From: Crocosphaera subtropica ATCC 51142
GTDB taxonomy: Bacteria > Cyanobacteriota > Cyanobacteriia > Cyanobacteriales > Microcystaceae
NCBI RefSeq assembly: GCF_000017845.1
Contig: NC_010546.1
Location: forward strand, 1,680,001 to 1,712,000
Direction of reading: 5' to 3'
Length of the DNA stretch: 32,000 nucleotides
The position numbers and the translations under genes are program-made. Below, piece by piece: positions 25,848 through 32,000 of this stretch. A model generated the notes under the pieces. It was given only the letters and a program-made list of their open reading frames with translations, searched no databases and was not told the origin of the DNA. Within the stretch, counting starts at the first letter, position 1, and every line of letters starts with the position of its first letter.

Positions 25848-27545
25848 TTATTGTTTGATAGTTGCCAAAACAGAAGATTCCTCAGAAGTCCTAACTTTAG
25901 GAGAGAGAAATCCTTTTGCATAAATTTGAGGATTCTTCTGCGAGATTTGGGTGTAAGATTGACGAACTTGTGTATTTAAGGCGACCGTCTTAACGTCATA
26001 TAACTGTGTGGCTAACTTAGGGTAAAGACCAATGGCGATAATCAACACTAGAAAAGACAGGGCAATAAAAATTTCTCTTGGTTTGCCATCGCTATAGTCA
26101 GCGTCTTCTGGTAACACACAGTTGGTTCCAAAACACATCGATTCCTGGTTGTCTTGATAATCTTTTTGTCGTACGGTATCTCCGACAACACAGACAGGAA
26201 TTTTGCCGGTGCCATAAAATAACTGTCGTAGCATCGACAGCAAATAAATGGGGGTGAGAATCACTCCTACTGCTGATAAAAAGACGGTAACTGTCCGAAA
26301 CGAAGAACTATAGATGTCGCTATTACTAAAACCGAGAAAAACGGCAATTTCGCTGGCAAAGCCACTCATCCCAGGGAGGGCTAAAGAAGCCATGGCACCG
26401 GCGGTAAATAGAGCGAATACTTTGGGCATTTTTTCCCCAATATCCCCCATATCGTTCAAAGCGAGGGTGTGGGTGCGATCGTAAGTGACACCAGCTAAAA
26501 AGAACAGTAGGGCAGCAATTAAACCATGAGAGAGCATTTGCAACATAGCACCACTCATCCCTAAATCGGTAAAAGAAGCAATTCCCAACAGAACAAAGCC
26601 CATGTGAGACACAGAAGAATAGGCTAAGCGACGTTTCATATTGGTCTGTCCAAAGGAAGTCAAAGCCCCATAGACAATATTCACGACTCCTAATGTGGCT
26701 AAAATCGGAGCAAAATAAATATGAGCATCGGATAATAGTCCCATATTGAGACGAATTAATCCGTAACCTCCCATTTTCAAGAGTACCCCTGCTAAAATCA
26801 TCGACACAGGAGCCGAGGCTTCTCCGTGAGCATCCGGTAACCAGGTATGAAGGGGAAAAACGGCTAATTTTACGCCAAAAGCGATTAATAATCCTGCATA
26901 AAGGAGTAATTCAAGTCCCAGGGGATAATCTTTTAATCCCAGTTGTACTAAGTCGAAGGTTAGATTATCGCCTCCGTACAATGCCATAGCTAGGGCTGCC
27001 ACTAAGATGAAGATGGACGCAGCAGCCGTATATAATAAAAACTTCATGGCTGCGTACTGTCGTTTTTGTCCTCCCCAAATGGAGATTAGGAGATAGACTG
27101 GAACCAGTTCCAATTCCCACATAATGAACAGCAAGAGGACATCTTGAGCCACAAAAACCCCAATTTGCGCTGCGTATAACATCAGCATCAGAGTATAAAA
27201 GAGACGAGGTTTGTGATCCAATTGCCAAGCGGAAAACATAGCCAGAGTAGTCACCAGTCCAGCTAAAAGAACAAGGGGCATAGAAATGCCATCAACAGAG
27301 ACAGTCCAACTCAGTCCTAGCGTGGGCAACCATTGATAGGTTTCGACTAGCTGGAAACTAGAGTTACTCGGATCATAATGCTGGCTGAAAACGTAACACA
27401 TCAAAACAAAATCGGCGATTGCTACTCCTAGGGCATACCACCGCACTTGTTTACCCTCTTTCACCGGGAGTACAGGGATCAGCAAAGAAGCCAACAGAGG
27501 CAGGAGGATGATCGCAGTTAACCAAGGAAATGAAGTTAATATCAT
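25848..27545 (-). CDS. ndhD: NDH-1 subunit NdhD (NuoM homologue; D1/D2-like class)
   Basis: ~565 aa with [16 protein letters not shown].., [30 protein letters not shown] and SHMGFVLLG. It is colinear with the Synechocystis NdhD1 I recall, plus a Cys-containing insert before the last helix. I use the ATG at 27545 (the track uses TTG at 27548). Confidence 0.85.
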   Translation of the reverse strand: MILTSFPWLTAIILLPLLASLLIPVLPVKEGKQVRWYALGVAIADFVLMCYVFSQHYDPSNSSFQLVETYQWLPTLGLSWTVSVDGISMPLVLLAGLVTTLAMFSAWQLDHKPRLFYTLMLMLYAAQIGVFVAQDVLLLFIMWELELVPVYLLISIWGGQKRQYAAMKFLLYTAAASIFILVAALAMALYGGDNLTFDLVQLGLKDYPLGLELLLYAGLLIAFGVKLAVFPLHTWLPDAHGEASAPVSMILAGVLLKMGGYGLIRLNMGLLSDAHIYFAPILATLGVVNIVYGALTSFGQTNMKRRLAYSSVSHMGFVLLGIASFTDLGMSGAMLQMLSHGLIAALLFFLAGVTYDRTHTLALNDMGDIGEKMPKVFALFTAGAMASLALPGMSGFASEIAVFLGFSNSDIYSSSFRTVTVFLSAVGVILTPIYLLSMLRQLFYGTGKIPVCVVGDTVRQKDYQDNQESMCFGTNCVLPEDADYSDGKPREIFIALSFLVLIIAIGLYPKLATQLYDVKTVALNTQVRQSYTQISQKNPQIYAKGFLSPKVRTSEESSVLATIKQ

Positions 27546-27710
27546 CAATTATTATCAAAAATTCTAAGGCTAAGTAACAGCATTATATTAGATTTTGTCA
27601 AGATTAGTTTATTATTTTTTAATATTTTGCGAGAATATATTTAACATGGTTGGGTAAAAATGGTACGATTCACGATTAAATATAAGATTTGGTGAGAAGC
27701 GTCGAAATCA

Positions 27711-27724
27711 ATTCAAAATTGAAT
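27711..27724. promoter_or_regulatory. Inverted repeat ATTCAA-aa-TTGAAT inside gaaATCAATtcaaaaTTGAATgcaATTaatgat, 18 nt upstream of the ndhF start; candidate operator
   Basis: Read directly. It contains ATCAAT/TTGAAT half-sites reminiscent of the NdhR (CcmR) consensus as I recall it (TCAATG-N10-ATCAAT). Confidence 0.25.
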
Positions 27725-27741
27725 GCAATTAATGATAAGTG

Positions 27742-29637
27742 ATGAATGATTTTTTATTACACAGTAGTTGGTTAATTCCGTTTTACGGTTTAATTGGTGC
27801 ATTATTAACGTTACCTTGGTCTTTAGGCATTATTAAGCGGACTGGGCCTCGGCCAGCAGCCTATATAAACCTGTTGATGACCCTCTTATCCTTTATTCAT
27901 GGGTCGATTGCCTTTAGTTTAATTTGGCAAGGAAAAACACAACAATTGGTATTTCAATGGCTGAGCGTAGCTGATTTAGATTTATTCTTATCAGTGGAGT
28001 TATCTCCTGTGAGTTTAGGGGCTTTAGAGTTAATTACAGGGATTAGTCTTTTGTCCCAAATTTATGCTTTAGGCTATATGGAAAAAGATTGGTCTTTAGC
28101 TCGCTTTTTTGGCTTAATGGGGGTGTTTGAAGCAGCATTAGGGGGAATTGCTCTGAGTGACTCGTTACTCCTTAGTTATGGACTGCTAGAAATTTTAACC
28201 CTGTCGACTTATCTCTTGGTGGGGTTCTGGTATGCTCAACCTTTGGTAGTTACAGCGGCCAGGGACGCATTTTTAACGAAACGGGTAGGAGATATTATTT
28301 TACTAATGGGGTTAGTGGCTTTATCGAGTTACGGAGAAGGATTAACTTTCTCACAGTTGGAAAATTGGGCATTAACTGACCCAGTACCGCCTTTAACCGC
28401 TACATTGTTAGGATTATCCCTCATTGCTGGTCCGACGGGTAAATGCGCCCAGTTTCCTTTAAATTTATGGTTAGATGAGGCCATGGAAGGACCCAACCCG
28501 GCGGGAATTATGCGAAACTCTATTGTGGTTTCTGCCGGAGCTTATGTATTAATTAAGTTACAACCGGTATTTACGTTATCGCCGATCGCATCTGATGTGT
28601 TGATTGTTTTAGGGACGGTAACAGCCATTGGTGCATCTTTGATCGCTATGGCCCAAATAGATATTAAACGGGCGTTGTGCCATTCTACCAGTGCTTATTT
28701 GGGATTAGTGTTTATTGCAGTGGGGTTGGGCCATGTGGATATTGCCTTTTTGTTGGTGTTTAGCCATGCGATCGCCAAAGCTCTATTATTCATGAGTGCA
28801 GGTTCAGCTATTTTAACCACCAGTGACCAAAATATCACAGAAATGGGTGGATTATGGTCAAGAATGCCCGCTACCACCACGGCCTTTGTGGTTGGTTCGG
28901 CTGGAATGGTGGCATTGTTGCCGATGGGAATGTTTTGGACTTGGGCAAAATGGTTTGATGGCTCTTGGAATGTGTCGCTATGGTTATTAGCTATTTTGGT
29001 GTTTGTTAATGCGCTGTGTGCCTTCAACTTAACCCGTATTTTTCGGTCTGTTTTTTTAGGTACGCCTCAGAAGAAAACCCGTCGCGCACCAGAAGTTCCC
29101 TGGCCGATGGCTTTTCCGATGGTAACATTAACCATTTTCACCTTAATTGCACCTTTAGCTCCCATTCGTTGGCCGTTGTGGTTATCTCAAGTGACTCCTG
29201 TAGCCAATAATGATTTGTTGGTGGTTCAATGGGCAATTCCTTTACTGATTATATCGGGTTTGTTGGGCTGTTTAGTGGGGGTTTTTCGTCCTATTCGTCG
29301 TTCTTGGGAACGATTGGCTAATTTATATTTACGCATCTTGCAAGATTTATTTGCTTATGACTTTTACTTAGACAAAGTTTATCAATTTACCGTGGTGGCT
29401 GCGGTAGCCAATATTTCTCGTTTAGCTGCTTGGTTTGATCGCTATGTTGTCGATGGTGCAGTTAACTTAGTCAGTTTAGCAACAATTTTTAGTGGTAATG
29501 CTTTGAAATACAATGTATCGGGTCAATCTCAATTTTATATACTGACAATTTTTATTGGGGTTAGCTTCTTACTATGGCTTATGTTGAGTGGTCAATGGTC
29601 AGCAATTACTGAGTTTTGGTCAGATTTCTTGAGTTAA
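27742..29637 (+). CDS. ndhF4: NDH-1 subunit NdhF of the CO2-uptake class (F3/F4; most like NdhF4)
   Basis: ~631 aa. DFLL..SWLIPFYGL.GA.LTLPWS.GI...TGPRPAAY, YMEKDWSLARF and WYAQPLVVTAARDAFLTKRVGD match my recollection of Synechocystis NdhF4 better than NdhF3. I use the ATG at 27742. Confidence 0.7.
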   Translation: MNDFLLHSSWLIPFYGLIGALLTLPWSLGIIKRTGPRPAAYINLLMTLLSFIHGSIAFSLIWQGKTQQLVFQWLSVADLDLFLSVELSPVSLGALELITGISLLSQIYALGYMEKDWSLARFFGLMGVFEAALGGIALSDSLLLSYGLLEILTLSTYLLVGFWYAQPLVVTAARDAFLTKRVGDIILLMGLVALSSYGEGLTFSQLENWALTDPVPPLTATLLGLSLIAGPTGKCAQFPLNLWLDEAMEGPNPAGIMRNSIVVSAGAYVLIKLQPVFTLSPIASDVLIVLGTVTAIGASLIAMAQIDIKRALCHSTSAYLGLVFIAVGLGHVDIAFLLVFSHAIAKALLFMSAGSAILTTSDQNITEMGGLWSRMPATTTAFVVGSAGMVALLPMGMFWTWAKWFDGSWNVSLWLLAILVFVNALCAFNLTRIFRSVFLGTPQKKTRRAPEVPWPMAFPMVTLTIFTLIAPLAPIRWPLWLSQVTPVANNDLLVVQWAIPLLIISGLLGCLVGVFRPIRRSWERLANLYLRILQDLFAYDFYLDKVYQFTVVAAVANISRLAAWFDRYVVDGAVNLVSLATIFSGNALKYNVSGQSQFYILTIFIGVSFLLWLMLSGQWSAITEFWSDFLS

Positions 29638-29768
29638 CTTTTCCTTGGATTAAAATTTCTAGAAACGTTTTCTGAAATGTCTCTATATAATATCCAGATG
29701 TCAAGTAACATAGATGACCTGTTTCTATTACCTAACCCTTTCATTATCTAGGAGAATCAATTTTAATA

Positions 29769-31292
29769 ATGCTTACTGCTTTAATTGTTATCCCCCTAAT
29801 AGGAGCCGTTTTAATAGCGAGTTTACCGAGTAAACAAAACGATAGTCTGTATCGAACTTTAGCTCTTGTTATCACAAGTCTTTTATTAGTTTTAACCATA
29901 GTTATTGGATTCCAATTTGATCTTAAAAATCCCAATATTCAGTTTACTGAGTTTATTCCTTGGATTACAGACATCGGTTTAAACTATCATTTAGGGGTTG
30001 ATGGCTTATCTTTACCCTTAGTTGTTTTGAATAGTTTATTAACCTTAATTGCTATTTATGCCAGTGAGAAAACTATCGAACGTTCTCGGTTTTATTACCC
30101 CCTTATTTTAATCTTAAATAGTGGGGTATCAGGGGCATTTTTAGCACAAGATATTCTCTTGTTTTTTCTTTTCTACGAATTAGAAATTATCCCTCTTTAT
30201 TTCCTTATTGCCATTTGGGGGGGGAGCAAACGGGGTTATGCTGCCATGAAATTCTTGTTATACACCGCTATTTCAGGATTTTTGGTTTTAGCGTCGTTTT
30301 TGGGTTTAGTTTGGCTCTCAGGGGCATCTACGTTTGACTATGAGCCATTACGCTCCCATACCCTACCCCTCTCAACTCAGTTATTATTACTGGCCCCTTT
30401 ACTCATTGGGTTAGCCATCAAAATACCCATTTTTCCCTTCCATACTTGGCTACCGGATGCTCATGTGGAAGCGTCTACCCCTGTGTCTGTATTATTAGCA
30501 GGGGTATTGTTAAAGTTGGGAACTTATGGACTGTTGCGCTTTGGTGTGGGTTTATTTTTGGATGCTTGGGTTTATATAGCCCCTTGGTTAGCTACGTTAG
30601 CAGCCATTAGCGCATTATATGGGGCTTCCTGTGCTATTGTGCAGAAGGATATGAAGAAGGTGGTGGCTTATTCTTCTATTGCTCACATGGCTTATATTTT
30701 ATTAGCTGCTGCTGCAAGTACCCGTTTGAGTGTCACCGCAGCAACGTTTCAAATGGTTAGTCATGGTTTAATTTCTGCCATGTTATTCCTGTTGGTTGGG
30801 GTGGTTTATAAGAAGACAGGAAGCCGAGATGTGGACTTTTTACGGGGTTTATTGAACCCTCAGCGGGGACTACCCATTACAGGAAGTTTAATCATTTTAG
30901 GGGTAATGGCTAGTGCTGGTATTCCTGGAATGGTAGGTTTTATTGCTGAATTTTTAGTATTTCGGGGCAGTTTCCCCATTTTTCCTGTACAAACCTTACT
31001 CTGTTTAGTAGGGAGTGGTTTGACGGCGGTTTATTTCTTATTAATGGTTAACCGTGTCTTCTTTGGTCGTTTAACTCCAGAATTGTCCCAAATACCAAGG
31101 GTTTTGTGGTCTGAGCGTCTTCCTGCGTTTGTTTTAGCCCTTTTAATCGTTATTCTAGGTATTCAACCCAGTTGGATGGTGCGTTGGAGTGAACCCCAAG
31201 CCGGTTTATTGTTAACGGGACAGTCTCAACTAGAAGCAACTGGCAACAGGAAACAGGCCAATGTTAATGTAGACGGGTTGGATATCTCTTAA
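29769..31292 (+). CDS. ndhD4: NDH-1 subunit NdhD of the CO2-uptake class (D3/D4; by context NdhD4)
   Basis: 507 aa with [30 protein letters not shown]. It follows ndhF immediately (131-nt gap, AGGAG SD). Confidence 0.65.
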   Translation: MLTALIVIPLIGAVLIASLPSKQNDSLYRTLALVITSLLLVLTIVIGFQFDLKNPNIQFTEFIPWITDIGLNYHLGVDGLSLPLVVLNSLLTLIAIYASEKTIERSRFYYPLILILNSGVSGAFLAQDILLFFLFYELEIIPLYFLIAIWGGSKRGYAAMKFLLYTAISGFLVLASFLGLVWLSGASTFDYEPLRSHTLPLSTQLLLLAPLLIGLAIKIPIFPFHTWLPDAHVEASTPVSVLLAGVLLKLGTYGLLRFGVGLFLDAWVYIAPWLATLAAISALYGASCAIVQKDMKKVVAYSSIAHMAYILLAAAASTRLSVTAATFQMVSHGLISAMLFLLVGVVYKKTGSRDVDFLRGLLNPQRGLPITGSLIILGVMASAGIPGMVGFIAEFLVFRGSFPIFPVQTLLCLVGSGLTAVYFLLMVNRVFFGRLTPELSQIPRVLWSERLPAFVLALLIVILGIQPSWMVRWSEPQAGLLLTGQSQLEATGNRKQANVNVDGLDIS

Positions 31293-32000
31293 AATTGACC
31301 TAAAAGTGGTAACTGAATAGTAAAAATACTTCCTTTCCTCACGGTACTTTTGACTTGAATAGTACCGTGATGGGCGGTCACAATAGCTTTAGCGATAGAT
31401 AGCCCTAACCCTGAACCACCTTGTTCCCTAGAACGGGCTTTATCAATGCGATAAAATCGTTCAAAAATATAAGGTAATTCCTTATTATCTATGCCTATTC
31501 CTGTGTCTTGAATTTGAATGATGGCACATTTATTATGTTGTTCTAAAATAATTTTAACTTTGCCCCCCGTAGGAGTATATTGAATAGCATTAATTACTAA
31601 ATTAAATAATAAACGATAAATTTGTTCAGTATTTCCTTTAATTTCTAAGGAAGATTTAACGTTAATTTGTGAAGTTACAGTTATTTTTGATGAAACAGCT
31701 AAATAAGCGATCTCCTCTAAAAGATCATCAATTAAATCATTCAGACAAATTATTTCCTGTTTTAACGAATGATTAGTAGTCATATTTAACTGCCAATCTA
31801 AACGAGATAACATTAATAAATCAGCCACTAAACGAGATAATCTTTGTGTTTGTCGCCCTAAAGTTTCTAAAGTATTTCTTGATTCATTTTCGGTTAAAAA
31901 TGATATCATTAATGTTGATTCTATAGTAGCTAAAATAGCAGCTAGTGGGGTTCTTAATTCGTGGGCTGCATCGGCTGTAAATTGTTGAATTTGGTGATAA
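31289..32000 (-). CDS. Sensor histidine kinase, C-terminal part (HisKA H-box + HATPase_c); the 5' end lies outside the window
   Basis: H-box FTADAAHELRTPL (31930-31970 region), N-box NLVINAIQYTP, and G-boxes DTGIGI and GGSGLGLSIAKAIV. The frame is open to nt 32000. There is a TTAA stop/stop overlap with ndhD4. Confidence 0.85.
   Translation of the reverse strand, partial: YHQIQQFTADAAHELRTPLAAILATIESTLMISFLTENESRNTLETLGRQTQRLSRLVADLLMLSRLDWQLNMTTNHSLKQEIICLNDLIDDLLEEIAYLAVSSKITVTSQINVKSSLEIKGNTEQIYRLLFNLVINAIQYTPTGGKVKIILEQHNKCAIIQIQDTGIGIDNKELPYIFERFYRIDKARSREQGGSGLGLSIAKAIVTAHHGTIQVKSTVRKGSIFTIQLPLLGQF

Noticed and set aside
26080-26230. Cys-containing insertion (..[25 protein letters not shown]..) near the C-terminus of NdhD, relative to the Synechocystis NdhD1 I recall
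   Set aside because: I recall a CFGTNCVLP-type segment in NdhD proteins of several other cyanobacteria, so it is probably a known lineage variant rather than a novelty. An alignment would confirm this.
29679-29753. 24-codon ORF (MSLYNIQMSSNIDDLFLLPNPFII) between ndhF and ndhD4
   Set aside because: It has no SD sequence, is not hydrophobic like known small NDH-1 subunits, and no family is recognisable.
1-32000. Search for CRISPR arrays, rRNA/tRNA genes, prophage or integrase genes, and known defence-system signatures
   Set aside because: I found no regularly spaced direct repeats beyond the heptamer arrays, no cloverleaf candidates, no integrase, recombinase or phage structural motifs, and no nuclease, helicase or ATPase clusters in any long ORF.

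Overview
This window looks like a chromosomal segment of a unicellular beta-cyanobacterium, probably Cyanothece/Crocosphaera/Rippkaea-like. The evidence is an AT-rich sequence with at least 12 exact HIP1 octamers (GCGATCGC), NDH-1 CO2-uptake subunits, a BicA-type SulP transporter and a COP23-family protein. The first ~17 kb is mostly housekeeping or conserved genes: tldD, a stand-alone hyuB-type oxoprolinase subunit, holA, a 2H-phosphoesterase, a Ser/Thr kinase, gatB, three cyanobacterial unknowns, COP23 and typA. Small mobile-DNA debris is scattered among them: two complete 116-bp MITE copies, two partial heptamer arrays, a dead transposase N-terminus, and a decayed MNT-type nucleotidyltransferase flanked by a palindromic repeat. 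The most coherent 'system' runs from 17.2 to 31.3 kb and is an inorganic-carbon / Na+-cycle neighbourhood. It contains bicA and an NhaS3-like CPA2 antiporter, ended by a strong hairpin. A PsiE-like membrane protein follows, then a reduced Mrp cluster (mrpC-D-E-F-G-A'-B with one antiporter-like subunit and no NuoL-like MrpA). Next come an ndhD gene and a divergently transcribed ndhF4/ndhD4-like pair with no cup gene. From memory, BicA linked to Na+/H+ antiporter and mnh genes is already known from Synechococcus PCC 7002, so I do not claim the island is new. The unexplained parts are the embedded PsiE-like gene, the minimal Mrp composition, the soluble tail on MrpA', and the palindromic candidate operators. 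I found no CRISPR array, tRNA/rRNA gene, prophage or obvious defence system. All family assignments rest on motif recognition by eye and need HMM/BLAST confirmation.
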